Source: Halocafeteria seosinensis (Eukaryota). From it: 54,833 nucleotides of DNA. Both the position numbers and the translations under genes were made by a program. Below are positions 1 through 13,399 of this stretch, piece after piece; positions within the stretch are counted from its first letter, which is position 1, and each line of letters begins with the position of its first letter. The notes under the pieces are model-generated. The model was given only the letters and a program-made list of their open reading frames with translations. It ran no database searches and was not told where the DNA came from. Location of the stretch: positions 62,001-116,833 of the forward strand of contig LVLI01000023.1 of the NCBI GenBank assembly GCA_001687465.1. The letters are read 5' to 3'.

Positions 1-350
1 TTTCTACGTATGAACAGGGGTCACTTCGCCGTTTTGTCGCCAGTTATCTCGAATGCACGGCGAGTCGGCGACCTAGCGCGCTGCGGCTGCAGTGCGACTG
101 CAGTGCGACTTCGCAAACCGTGCCTCACAAATCCTCATCCTGAGGTGTCTGTCTTATCCTACACCAGTTGGAAGTCCAGAGTAATATGACAGCATTGTGA
201 GGACAAACAAGCCCTCAATCTCCTGTGAGGTGCAATTTAAGCTTATCCATTGCCTCGCTTGTGTTGCGCTAAGGTTTTTCGATATTCGATTTGCGGCGAC
301 CGTCTCCTGGCTTCGAAGCGTGTTCTACGATCGGGACCGAGAACACAACA

Positions 351-1882
351 ATGCAGATTTCTTCGACGCAAGCTCTATTTCTAGGAGCTATTTTGGTGGC
401 AGCTCCTGCTGCCTTCGTAGCAGGAGAAGGAATATTTTCCTCACATGATTATGAGAGCGTGGCAGACTTCTTCGAGGACGGTGTGCAATGCTCCCGCTTC
501 ACGCTCTGCCGCTGTAATGCTACGGTTGGACCGAAGAAGCTGCTGCATTGCCCTAGCACAAACGGAACTGATGTCATGTAAGTCTATTAACAGTAAGAAC
601 AAAGAGTCTCTGATCACGACATTCTATGATGGTGTACTCGTTTAGGCAGTGGTGTCGAAGGCTTGCGGATTGTTTCTGTCAAGCGCAATGCGTTCCACAA
701 GGTGCCGAATGCGGAAAGCATGTAAGACTAGAATTCCAGCATATGACACCCGTACTTACACCCTGAAAAGCTGTTCTTAACTACAAAACTCAGAAACTTG
801 GCAAATAACTTGCTGAAGACGTTGCCATCCGATGTATTTTCTGGAGTCAATGCTCTCGAAAAAGTGTAAGAGCACTAGAGCCATTCGCAGTGGTCCAAAC
901 GCTAAGTTGCTATGAATTATGTCGGTCTTGAATGAGTGGCTGCAGGAGTCTCAACGGAAATCAATTGCTCGAGCTACCAGGTGGGTTGTTCAGGGAGAAC
1001 CGACACCTGAGCGAGCTGTACGTAGTGGGTTTGGACGTTTCCACAGCAACAGCGGTCTCACATGTTGATCCTATGCCGCAGTGACCTTCAACGGAACTCA
1101 TTAAACAAATTACCAGAAGATCTCGTTTTTGGACACACCGAATTTAAGACAATGTAAGTTTTCTGGTTGGATGAGTGACAATCCTTTTCCGAGTAGACCA
1201 ACATCTTATTGCAGGCGGGTGTCTCTGAATGGGATAGCTTCTTTGCCGCGTAACATTTTCCAAAAGACCAATCTTTCGTGCATGTAAGAGACCTGCGTTT
1301 CTCGCTTCCGCAACCAGAATGCCATCCTTTCAGTTCGGTACATACGTTGCAGTGATATGCAATTTAACAAATTGGAGACTCTCCCTAACGGCATATTCCG
1401 ATCAGTGCACATGCCAGAGGCCCCAAGCAGCTGTGTGTAGGTGAAATACATGTAGTGCGGGAGTGTCTTCTTAAACTGTCTTACTCAAATGTTGTTCCAC
1501 TTCTACAGGAATTTAACCGACAACAAACTCACATACCTTCCTTGGGGTATATTTGACGGTATCAGCGCCAGTGTTGTGTACGTTGACCCATGTACAGCTA
1601 CAAATTTCTAAATCTCAAATCACTTTCCCAACTGTTCGTGTCTGCAGTGGTCTTACTGACAACCCAGGGGCTCAGAAAAGGCACTGTCCTCAAGGGACCA
1701 AATTTGCTGCTATAAAGCCCGGAGCGTCGCAAAAATTTTGCATGAATATGCATCCTTCCCCCATCCCCACGCCTTCTGGGACTCCCTCAGCATCCATAAC
1801 TCCGACAGTAACCGTTTCTAGTGCACCTAGTGGGAGTGGGACACCCTTTCCTTCAGAGACAAGCCGAACTAAGAAGAAGTAG
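351..1882 (+). CDS. Secreted/surface leucine-rich-repeat protein, 9 exons
   Basis: ATG 351 with signal-peptide-like start (MQISSTQALFLGAILVAAPAAFVAG). Manually spliced internal exons 650-721, 794-865, 946-1017, 1082-1153, 1215-1283, 1353-1436 and 1509-1577 each encode one LxLxxNxLxxLPxxxF repeat (e.g. NLANNLLKTLPSDVFSGVNALEKV). Last exon 1648-1882 has a Cys cap and an S/T/P-rich tail. All introns are GT-AG. Confidence 0.85.
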
Positions 1883-2174
1883 AATAAAGATCAGAGTGTA
1901 ATGATGGTGGTGATACCTGAATAGACGAGAAACATTGGTGCTCATGTAAAGTCAATTGTCGAGAACTTTTGTCTGCCTCGCTACCACACAGAGTACATTG
2001 CCTCAGAACTCCGCTCATTCGGGAGTCTGCAGGCCCACGATGCATAAACCTCTGCGACAATGAACTTCATTCCAAATACTGGTCGTCTGGCTCACAGATC
2101 TTTGCCCGCGAGGAAACTGACGACGCAGCCAGAGGTTAGTTAGCATTACATATTTTCTCGATATGGATTGATTC

Positions 2175-4571
2175 CTAGTTCATCGCGGCGTGCTGATCTA
2201 TTTGCACTTCGTTTAAGTCCTGTGTGATTTTATTTGCCAGTAACTGGTGTTCTTTGGTTCCCGAACGGTTCTTGTCCGGATGCCACTTCCTGATTAGCTT
2301 TAGTTTTTCCCTCTTCATTTCCCCTGAAGTTGCTTCTGAATGTCACAGTGGGCAACGGCAACGATAAGAGAATCATCACCAGGCACTAGTGCTGCAATAC
2401 ACTCTTACCTGTGCTCACGCCCAGCATTGCATAACACCCTTGCTGCATACTCTGAAAGTGATGAACGGCAACCTCTAACGTTTCCACACTGTGAACAGCA
2501 ATACAAACGAAAAATAGCGAAGTGACAATTACTACTCCTTAAAGTTTCTTCTGAACTATACTTACAAGTCGCTGCGCCTTCCGTGTTCTCTGAGATTGTT
2601 GTATTCTCTCTGGAGTTCATTTGAAACCCTTGCTATTTCGTTCCCTGCCGAACTCAATCGAGGTCCTCCAACTACATGAAGACAAAAGCAGCACTTTGCA
2701 CGCATGATGAGGGCATCATGATCATGGGGGTTGGCATCATTAATATATGTGTTCAGGTCATTGAGCGCCTCAGTCCACTCATCCCTTTCATAATTCATAA
2801 TTCCTCGCAATTTGGTGACAGTGTGGTCTCTGTCTAGCCTCTTCTCTATTACTTCGCTGAGGAGTTCGACTGCCTCCTTAATCATTCCTTTCTGTCAAAT
2901 GGGGTACAAAGGGCGCTTATCATTTAACATACTCAAACGCGACTTGGACACATCCTTACCCTGTGTAGACGCATTACGCATTCCTGCTGCTTCCGAAGGA
3001 ACCGATCGAGGCTGAGAAAAGGATAGTTTACAGAAAATGAACTCATAACCTGGGTCAAAAGGTGAAAACAACCCTATCATTTCTGACATACGTTTCTTCG
3101 ACATTGTGATTACCGCATCGTAGTTTAAGAAGCTGATACGCTGCACCTCTAAGCGAGAACATGCTACCAACTAAAATCAGGCAATTTGCGAGGTCCTCTC
3201 GAACTGTAGGGGCATCTTCATTGAAGAGTAGATATTGCTGCAAATCATCAATCGCAGCTTGGCAGTCCCCCATCCATTTATACGCTCGTCCACGTCTACA
3301 GTATGCCTCTGCCTCAGTATCTCCCTTCATGCTTATGAAGAGGGAAAGCTTCGCTATGACTACTTTTGGGGAGGAATAGGAATCCTCGTCACGCTGCTTC
3401 CCCGAGACACTAGGAAACCGATTAAACTGCTAGTAGTTACTTGGGAATATACATGCGAACCATACTCACCATATTTCTTATTTCTCTCTTTAGCGCATCT
3501 TGTAAGCTGTGACGACAAAGAATATAGATCCTAGTTTATTTGAGAAGGGCAAAAACGAAAGAAGAGGGAAAAGCTTACTTCGCCTGATAGACATCAGGTA
3601 CTTCTCGGAGGAAATCGTTAATGACAGAGACGCATTCGTCAATTGAACACTCCTCGTTCAGAACCCATAGGGAAAGCAATTCTAACCAAGTTTTGGCACA
3701 TTTGTTCTCAGTATTTCGCCTCGTACAAGAGACCAAAAGAAAACTGTGAGCTGCATGCGGCAGATCCCGGAAGGTTGCTTGGATGGCTGAAGCAGCACTG
3801 CTCCACAGAAAACTGATGGCCACAGCGTATAGAGAAAAAATCATGCGCGAGAGTTCCGAGATCATGTCGTGAATATAATAACACAGTGAAACAAATCCAT
3901 TCCAACAAGTCAGCAGGATTTTTGTCGTTATGTAGTAAGTCAGTCCGTAAAGCTCAGAGGCCTTGTTATAGACAACAGGCCAGCAGGAATCCGCCAGTGC
4001 AACGCAGGCTATAATACAGGACCTTAGGACCGGGACAGAAAGCTGAAACAACTCCGTTAGAAACAGCGTGGGGAGGCTCGCAATGGTTCGACTCCACCAG
4101 AGGGATCGGGAGTACCCGAGATCGGGGTTTTCATCACACGCGGACCAGACGAGGTACATCCACATACCCAGAGCGCCCTGGAGTAAGGCGAACACGCGTT
4201 GGATGGGATCCGGTAGGAAATAGCATATGATACCAAAAGGGGCCCAATTCCACCCAAAGGTCCCAATCTGACTGAAAAGCTCGTAGTTGAGGCCCATGGT
4301 GGGTCGTTCGTCTGCCCAGCTGTGCCACAGCTGCTGTGGGTCCACCCTGGGATTTGTGTGAATTTTCTTCACCAGCACACGACAGTATGTTCACTTGCCC
4401 CCAAGCAATGAAAACTTAATGAAAGTATGCGGCGCAAATCAGATAGATATGTGACGTTCGCTGTGTTTTGCAATCCTCCGTGGTAGTTTGCAAGAGTAAC
4501 AAGACAGACCTGTTCTGACTGTGAATATGCTGGGGGTCTGAGACGTGGGCAACTTGGTCCGGTCCGGTCAT
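2175..4571 (-). CDS. TPR-repeat protein with C-terminal J (DnaJ) domain, possibly with an N-terminal multi-TM region; multi-exon
   Basis: TPR-like exons AEAYCRRGRAYKWMGDCQAAIDDLQQYL (3055-3330) and KLRGIMNYERDEWTEALNDLNTYI (2562-2885). Spliced 3' exons read CYAMLGVSTE|ATSGEMKREKLKLIRKWHPDKNR (HPD motif), with stop at 2175-2177. Hydrophobic ORF 3575-4378 ends at a GTAAGC donor. The 5' start and the junction to the TM part are uncertain. Confidence 0.65.
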
Positions 4572-6267
4572 GCCGCACGCGGGTTATAGCATTCGGGAAA
4601 TCGGGTAGTTCGGGTTAAAAGCAGTATTGGAGTATACTAAGTTTTGTTGCCGTCATACTTTTCGCATTAATCCAGTGAGCATTGTGCCAACTCTTTTTTT
4701 TTCAGTATTCTGTGTGACACGAAAAGCCTCCGGCAAAAAGATCGTCGGTCTGGCTATTGTTCAAAAACGACCCAAGGAACCCACGCCATGTTTGCAGTAC
4801 GAAAGTGGGAGCACATGTAATTAGGGGCTCACTCTGCAGAGTGATGGCAACACGACCAATGTATGGCGGTATTTGATGGCCCATAATGGATGGGAGAATG
4901 CTCTGGAGCAGCGGAATCAAGGAAAATCGAAACAGCAACCTACACCACACAACGTCCATCGGTGGAAGCCAGAGACAAAGGGAGAAGACGATTGATAGAA
5001 TAGTGACATTCATCGTTTATGAGAGTATGCCCTGCGAAGATGAATCTCAGTCACTGGAGAGCGGCGCTGGCATAGTGATATACCTACTGCATGCTCAACA
5101 GATCCCTTACTCTCCGGGAGAACATGGTTAGTGCTCTCCGACGCGCTCAGTCGGAGAATATGTCTGTCTCTGAAGTGACAAGCAAACTGCAAGCGCTTCA
5201 AAATCGCCAGCCTGTAAATCAGGTGTCTACAGTACATGATATTCTCGCAGATATCCATAATGCAATGATAATACATCGAGAACCTTGGAACGACAAGGAG
5301 ACTGTACACTTCCTGGGGTTGTGCTGGTAGTAATGAAACTCTTCAACGGAGCATTGATAGTTCTTCAGGATGGTACAAATTGCTAAAGATTTTAAGAAAA
5401 GAACGCGATAAGGGTTGTCCGCTAGACTTTAACAACACGGCATGTTCCTGTGCTACGTCGTCTGCCTTCTGGACGCACGTTTTTACAAGTGTGCTCATGG
5501 AGAAACCAGGCCACCGGCGGCTCATATACGCAGCTACTTCTCCGAACAACATTGAAGAACCGTTAAAAGAACAGAGCGGGTTCTACATTTGCTGAAATTG
5601 TGAAAGAAGCATCACTATAGTTTCCCAGTTCCCAGCTCGGAGTCCTGTGGTGAAGTGTTTGCTGGCTATACCAGCATCTACAGCTACTGCCAAAAGCTCT
5701 TTCAGTATTGCTAGCATTAATCATGGGAAGCGAAGGACTCGTTTGAAAAGCGAACGGCTTGAAAGTATAATGGCCGTCATAGAAGGAGAGGTAGTACATC
5801 AGTCCTCCAAATCTTGTCAAGGGTCTTTGAAATATACTTAGGCATCTGTATGCGCCCACCAGTATACACAAGTCATCACAGGAGAATTTGAAATCGTTAA
5901 CCCGATGACCGACCCGTGACCGAGCTTTTAAAGAACCCCGCCGAAACATTCGGTCGGTTAGGGGATTATTGCTGCACAAGTCCACTCCCTAAAGTACCCA
6001 GTTGTTCAACCACTACTCAAGTTCTGTACTAGTTTGTCAATCATCAGTACCAAAAAGAGGCTCATGCACCATGGTTGCTTGTTTCCCTTTACCATGAACT
6101 TCGTAGTACGGGCCCAACACTATGGGCCAGCGCTGGCCAGCAGCAAACAGGTCGCCAATTTGCGACGCCCAAGCTGCAGTAGAAAGAGAGTACATGTTCT
6201 CGATTTGTTATGTCACATATTTCAAGAACGGTTCTGACCCCATATACACACCCGGAAAGCAATCGAG

Positions 6268-7719
6268 ATGGCCGCCAAGTCATCCGGTGGCGCCTCCTTC
6301 ACGGCGCCGGTGATTTGGGACCCTGAGTACCTCATGCAGCAAGCTGACGAGAAGATGAGCTCCTTGCGTTCCTCTGGTGGGACCAATGTGCAGAGACTGG
6401 ACATCATGGCCATGTACGAAAAGGTCGGGGACAAGTATACGAGGGTCAGAAAACATAGAGATGGTACGTGGAAATTTTGCCAGAGGACTGACTTCGTACC
6501 GCCGCCAAATGGTTGATTCTTCGTCTCATTTACAGCTAAGAAGGCCGCGATGGCCTACCAAAAGGCGATAGAAACATACGTACGTGCCTATCCCCAGATA
6601 GTCCACGTCAATGTGTGGAGACAACACTTGTACTACCGGGCCTGCAGGATTCCCAATCTTCCCAAGGCACGAAGGAGAACCGGGTGGAACTCATTCGCTT
6701 AGGGCCCAAAATTGTCGACTCGAGATTGACGACAGATACGGCTGAAAGTACGTGTTTCGTCAGAGAATTTGATGGGTTGCTCTCCCCAGTACCAGGAGCG
6801 AGAAGAGTTGTTGTTAATGCAGGTGCTGAGACCTTCTTCCGGGAGAGAGTCTTGCCAGTACTGGCGGAGGATGATAGAAATGTAGATATTGGCAGGGTAA
6901 AGTTCAGGCATTGGATCGCAATTTGAACTATTTACAAACAACACGTTTTCTTTTCTAGCTTTGCAGATGTACGAGAGGATCATCAAAAAGCATATAGAAG
7001 AGGAAAACATCGACAGGGCGGTAGAGTTGTTCGACATTGCTATGCAGTATTACGAAGAAGCGGTGGGTGGTCCAGAGGGTATTGTCCAACGCCTTTGATT
7101 TTCATGTGATTCGTTCTATTTAGCTTCAGGGACAAATAAATGGGCAGCGATCGATTAAAGCCGAGCATGCTACTCTCGTTGCGCAACGAGCACCAAACGC
7201 AGGAGGGCGTGAAGCAGTAGTAGCAAAGTAAGCTTCAGCAGTCCAACGCGCTTCAACAACTATTTGTTGATGTTGTATCCTTGCTTATATTTTGGCAGAT
7301 TTGCCGAAGCGGCTGATCTTTTCAAAGAATGTGGGGACATCTGCCTTGAAGATCCAATAAGATTACTACGATACCATTCACCAAAGTACTACGTGTCGTC
7401 TATACTTTGTGCTCTGGCGGCTGAGGAGATAGTGACAGCTAAGGAAAGACTTGAAATGGCAGATAACGAATGTGAGAGTTTCAAAAGTTCGGGGGAGCGG
7501 CACCTATGCATGAAAGTCATAGAAGCGGTAGAAGCGATGAAGCCGGAGCTAGTGGGTGCTGCTTGGGCTCAACATGCGATCCAAATGACCGGTATAAACG
7601 AAACAGTGCTTCGTTACTTAAGGGATCACTTGCAAACCTTTTCACAAGATGACAACCCTGAAAGCGCAGCAGCAGCAGAAGATAGTGATGATCATGAAAA
7701 CCCCAGCCTGGAGACGTGA
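6268..7719 (+). CDS. Divergent SNAP (alpha-SNAP/Sec17-like) family protein, multi-exon
   Basis: The last exon (FAEAADLFKECG...RYHSPKYYVSSILCALAAEEIVTAKERLEMADNECESFKSSGERHLCMKVIEAVE) follows the alpha-SNAP C-terminal pattern. Upstream exons give ENIDRAVELFDIAMQYYEE. GT-AG introns. Confidence 0.6.
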
Positions 7720-7861
7720 AGGGAGCAATAATAAGTCTTAGGTTATACCCCATGCTGTGTAGTCATTCCAAAAGCTTCAAATTCCTCTACGGGAAACAGC
7801 TAGTCAGTCAATGATTTTCTTCAGAGATGGAGTAAGGGTTGATCAATGTGTCGCAGATTGC

Positions 7862-9198
7862 TTACCGAGTATTCATGCGATCTTTCCACTTTACCCCTAG
7901 GTAACTTGGGCCCCTGCATGCATTCGGAAAGACCGAGCGAGGATTATAGCGGCGAGCTCCCATTTTTTGGACTCGCATTCCTCGGTTATATTGCTGCTCC
8001 TCAAAACTCTGGTGATGGCTGAAGGCATCAAAGATTGCCTGAATTACTGTATATATGTTCTTCCTCTTGGGGCCAGTAATTTTCGCGGAATAATGTTTCG
8101 CCCCAATAAAATCCATAATCGTTGTTAGAAGCCAATTTGCGTGACCGTCAAAGGCCGGCGGTCTACTTCTGATAATAGCTAAACAATTGTTTTTCTTTCC
8201 CACGAGGTCATGATAAAACTGGCCCCTGTATGTCGACACATAGATAGCATCTTCTACAGCTTTCTCGACAGCTTTTTTGACCGCTGTTTCAGGTTCTTTA
8301 TGCTTTCCGACACCATATCCAATACCTCCATTATAATTTCCAACGAGTACAAGCGCCATAGTGCTATTTTCTATACCTCCTGCCAGGACGTTGGCCGTCT
8401 GCTTAATGTCCAAGACGACCGGGTCCCAGTCCCACAAAGGCTTGTTCGGAATGGGAACAGGATCCATAAACAAATCTTTGAGTCGTCTACGCTCATTGTC
8501 TAACTCTCTTTCTTCCGGCGTCATAAACGCTTCTGCAATGGACAAGCAAACGTAGCATATACCTTGAAGCAAAGCCACTCTAACAAGGGAAAGCACCTAC
8601 GTTTGCTAGCCACAACCGACTCGGCATCTTCTTGCTGTGCTGTCTCTTGTTGTGGTGGGTCTCCCAGGTAATGAGGCTGAGAGACATCTTCTAGTATCTG
8701 TGGAGGGACTTCCCGAATGTCGTCCCCAAAGGCTCCGGCCACTTCTCCTTCGCTGTCATTCGTATTATACGCCGAATCCGTGACATACTTTGCATGTCCT
8801 TTGAGGTGATCCGGTATCTCTGGCATGTGTGATGTATCGGACTCGGTGCCGTCTTGATAGCCTTGTACACGCATGGAAAAGTCCACCAGATCAGCCTTGG
8901 CGTGCCTTTTTTGGTACGGTTCCCTCATTTGCTGCTCCACTTGCTCCACCGATGCACTCCCAAAATACGAGTACCATGTCTCAGACACCTCCTGAGGAGA
9001 CAGCTTCTTGATATTACGCCTGGAAAGCGAAGTATAGCGCGCTAAATCCTCGCGAGTCACCGTGGAGGACTTGCCCTGGGAGGAGGAACTCGATTTCCAC
9101 CGTATACCAAGAGGAGCTGCCGCCACACCCCGTGCGATGAATTGTTGCCCATGACAACGGCGGACCGCACGCAGAGCGGTCCTCTGCAAAGAAAGCAT
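7862..9198 (-). CDS. MRPS5: Mitochondrial ribosomal protein uS5m
   Basis: Arg-rich transit-peptide-like N-terminus; S5 motifs ALVLVGNYNGGIGYGVGK...AVKKAVEKA and NIYTVIQAIFDA; one intron at 8533-8600 joins two ORFs. Confidence 0.85.
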
Positions 9199-9509
9199 GA
9201 TGTTCTAACGTTCTTGGATTACTTTTATGAGGAAGCAATTAACAATCCCTTAAAGGGGAAACACTCTGGGCCTTAAGTCGCTCGCTGGGCGGAATCAGAA
9301 CTTTGAAGCTGTGCAGCTGCTGCGGCTTCAGAGAACCAATACGACTCCCTGCTATACGTGCTCGATAGGTGGAATGAAAGGGAGTTGCAAATACATGGCT
9401 TGGTGTATATGACACTTGTACGACGGTAACTTCTTGTCTGTTTGATTGGTCACTTCTCAGCCAACTACTGCCTCAGGATTGCAAGCATACAAATAACTAT
9501 GAATTACGG

Positions 9510-10685
9510 TTATCCAGCAACACTTAATTCTTCATCGTTTTCGTCGTCCTGTTCGTCATCGTCGTCTCGAGGAACAAGAGCCTGTTGGTTGGGGGAGGGT
9601 TCATCACCGCGACTGTGTGACACGAACATATTACCAGTCGCTAATCCATAACCCAAGGAGTATTCGAACCCAAAGAGACTTACTCTAACAAAGAAGGGTC
9701 AACGCCCTGAAATACCATTTTTTGTTTGATAGCTTCATCGTCAATACCCACTTTTCTCCTGTTACAATAACCAATGTGCCGTAAAACCCGAAACTTTCAA
9801 TCTACAACAATTCCACACTTACATCTTAAAGAACGTCGAGTATTCTGGATCATCCTTAATTTTCATCACATTACTCTCTGCGCTGCTGTCGTGAGCAGCG
9901 ACGTCTTGCTGCCCATTCTGTTGAGCATCGGCATATGGCTGCTCTTGAGGGCTTGGATCTGAGGATCATAAAATACCGACGTCCGTTATATGATACCAAT
10001 ACGACTTACATCTGTCAAAAATGATACTAATGCAATAGTATTACATTGCCGACTTACCTCCATTGGCTGCACGCCCCGACTGTCTAGGTATCCTATGATC
10101 TGGTGTATCCAGCAAGGACGAGTTGAGTCCTGCATTCTCCATTTTATACTTGACATGCTCTGTCGGCATCCCTTCGTTCCACAAGAGTCCAAAGTAATAA
10201 CCGTAATCCACATGATTCTTAACCTCAATCGTATTCGGATCATGATCCACAGCCTGTTGCTGTGGCTGATGTTGTTGCTGCTGTGGCGCGGGGGCACTGT
10301 CTGGGACGCCCTCAGCGATGTCTGTTTCATTGACGCCTTCTAATCCCGGAATCTTATCCAGCTTATTTTCTAACACTACGAGCTCTGTATTGAGTCGTGA
10401 AATTCGTTCAGACAGCTGCTGTAGCCTGTGCTCAGCTGTCACCCCCAGTCGATTCAGGAAATCCGCACTCGTGGCGATGAAATTGTTGATCAAAACAAGC
10501 TGCTCCCGGGTTGACATGACCATCCCTCCACCGTCTCCTCCTTCTGNGAAATCATCATGAGCCAATTGACTGGCTCCACCGCCGAATGACCCGCCATTGG
10601 AGCTCCTATGTTCACCGAAAGCACTGAATGGCTCCTCCTCGTCTGGGAATTCTCCAGGCTGTTCTTCATCAAATACGGAGGTCAT
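9510..10685 (-). CDS. WASHC3: WASH complex subunit 3 (CCDC53)
   Basis: LINNFIATSADFLNRL...LQQLSERISRLNTELVVLENKLDKIPGL coiled coil, then the C-terminal module VKNHVDYGYYFGLL..GMPTEHVKYKMENAGLNSSLLD. Further spliced exons give IKDDPEYSTFFKM|RKVGIDDEAIKQKMVFQGVDPSLLD; stop at 9510-9512. Confidence 0.85.
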
Positions 10686-11899
10686 CGTACCAGTATTCTG
10701 CCGAAAGCAATAAAAATAGCCTACAGAAAGGCTTAAAGAGGTTCCTTTCAGCTAACAAACGCTTGCACCATGTATACGCTTACAAAACAAGTTTCTCCAG
10801 AGATCCCTCACATGTCATTCTTTCCTTTCACGTACAAAGTGATGAGTTCATCGAAAACGAAGAAAGAGAGTTACCCAGAAGTAATGCTTTTATTAAAAAA
10901 AACAATCAAGCAATGGCTACAATAAGTATTGGTGAATTCATCGTAAAGACTAGGAACTGTAACTGTTTCTTGCAACTGCGAAGTGGAAGTTACCTGGAAA
11001 CCTGAACCTGTGCGGATACCGTGGTGGTACTGGTGTGTATTATATATAGTAGTATTGCTGCTACCTGTACTACTACTGTTCTTCGAGGGTCATACAGCAG
11101 GTCCAAACTGTCAACCCTAACACTAGCAGTAAAATTAGTGGAACAATGCATCCTACAGTGTTGTGCCCACGGCGGATGGGTGATACAAGTTGTACCTAGG
11201 TAGTAATAGTGTACATCTACAACACTGTTTTGCAGCGTGCACGTGGGTAGCTAACTCAAGTCTTAAAGTTGGCAGATGGGAGGGATGGACATGCAGTTCC
11301 AATAGACTTAAACTGTTGTCGCTATACTAGAGTGGAAGCTCATCACTCCGGATGATTCAATTGGATATCGCAAAACAATGACTCATAGATCGCAAAACGT
11401 TGTCGAGTCGCATCACGAGCCATACTGTGCCAGAAATTCTTGAGAATCTTATGCTACGGGGACGAAATTTTCTGCTTTGACGTTGGAAGGTGTGCATGTA
11501 TTTGGAACGTCCAACTTGGACGGCGTACCAAGTGTACAATCGTTACCTCTGCACTGAGCACTGGCGACAGGTGTTTATAACCAGATCAAAAAGTTCTCTC
11601 ATGCCTAACGATCATGCTATCCACCGAATCCTTGTAACACAATAACGCTGTTGAGGTCAACTTGAGACTCGGAGTTTGAAGACGTTGTGCTTCTGCACTG
11701 CTTCAACAACTTAACATCATCAGCAGTACAGTTGCACTCACAACTTGTACAAGTACCGGTACTACCGGCTCAGCGAGGATTGATAAGTTGATGCTAAAAT
11801 GTTGACTGGTCTCTAAACTCCTTTATTCTCGAAATTCTGCCTTGATTGTGGGTAGGAATAGTTCATATCCCAGTAATATCCTTCTGCAGAGAAAGAATA

Positions 11900-13399
11900 A
11901 TGGCTGCGGTTGAAGACGATGTGAATCACGGCCTCCAGGATCAGAACACCGAGCGGGACGACCAGTACATCCTCAGTAAGGAGGATGAGCAAGAAGGAGA
12001 CGACGAATTCCCGGTGGAGAATCCTGCGTCGGCTCCGGTGACGGAAGGACATGAAACGTGGCAACGGACGGAAGGCGAAAATAACGAGGATCCGGATCAC
12101 TTTGACCCTAAAGAGCAGTTCTCAGAACCTGATCAGCCTTACATACAAAAGGGATGTCCAGCACTTGACCTATCATGGTCGGAAAATCCTGATAAGAAGG
12201 GATATCTCATGAAGTACGCAGGAGTGAATTTCCAATATCGCTATTTTGTATTAAGGTATGCTAAAATTTCCCTAGGGAGGATGACTTTACAAAATGCATG
12301 AAATGCGGTATCCCATGAAATGTGAAATGCAGAGGCGGCGTTTTACTCTATTACCTCTCCCAGCAACACCCAGGTTAGTGTTAGTGTTATCAAGTCTGCT
12401 GCTATTGTTACGAGCCCAAGGGACATGCGCAATTCACTTCCAGAGCCGAAAGGGGTATTCCTCTTGGATGGAGCAAAAATTCAAAAAGGCGCTAAGGTTG
12501 TCAGTCGAACGAGTATCGTGAACAAAGTGTTAGCACACGTCAACGAGGCAACACCGTTTTCATTTGTCCTGACACGACCCAGTGGAGCTACTATTGAATT
12601 CTGCGCGAAGAATGAGGAGGAGCTTGATCAATGGATTGCTGCGTTTGTCGGAACGGGAACTTGCAAAAGGCTATCAGACCTTCCTCTAGATCATCCGGCA
12701 ATTCCGCCCTCATCCCAAAATGGACACTCTCCATCTCCTTCCAACTCCGGCAACTTCCAGGAAAATGGGGACGCCGACAATACTGGGACAAAAACAGATT
12801 ACTTAGGAAAAATACAACATCACGCAGGGACAGCGAAGAAGGTAGGCCATTTCATGGGAAAAGGGTTTTCTCTTGACGGCATGCAATCGGGAGCAAGTGA
12901 TGCCAATAGCCTCGGCGACATGGCGGGCAACGTGGCCCATGGAGCTGCAGCTGCTAAGTCAGCGTGGGGTGTATTCAAGAAGGTTCACTCCTGGGCGAAG
13001 ACAAGGCAACAGCAGTCCCGTGAAAATGAAACGGCAAATCAAGAAGGCAACAGTGACCAGCCTAAAGAACAAGAGCAAGCCTCTAACGTTGCAACTTCTG
13101 ATGCAGAACACCAAACCGCCCCCGGTGTTGTAACCACCAGTAGCACTTCCTATGAAGCACAATCCCAGAGCGGGCAGCCAGAGACCTACACTACGGAGTC
13201 CAATGAACCACTATCGTCACCAAAAGAGCAGCAGCAGGATGGATCACAATCAAACTCAGGTGGTGCGCGTGATCAACGCGACGTGATCAGCGGCCCGTTG
13301 GGGGCCACGGAGTCTAATACAGTCGATGGAGTGCAAAATGATAAGGGGCAGTCACTTCATGTAATTCCGGAAGAAGATAGCAAGAAAGTCGAGCAGTGA
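11900..13399 (+). CDS. PH-domain protein with acidic/low-complexity termini
   Basis: KKGYLMKYAGVNFQYRYFVLR|(intron about 12257-12332)...PKGVFLLDGA...FCAKNEEELDQWIAAF matches the PH beta1/beta2 strands and the C-terminal helix Trp. Confidence 0.8.

Noticed and set aside
4700..6240. Cluster of short ORFs on both strands
   Set aside because: No recognisable domain or consistent splice model; may be a decayed gene.
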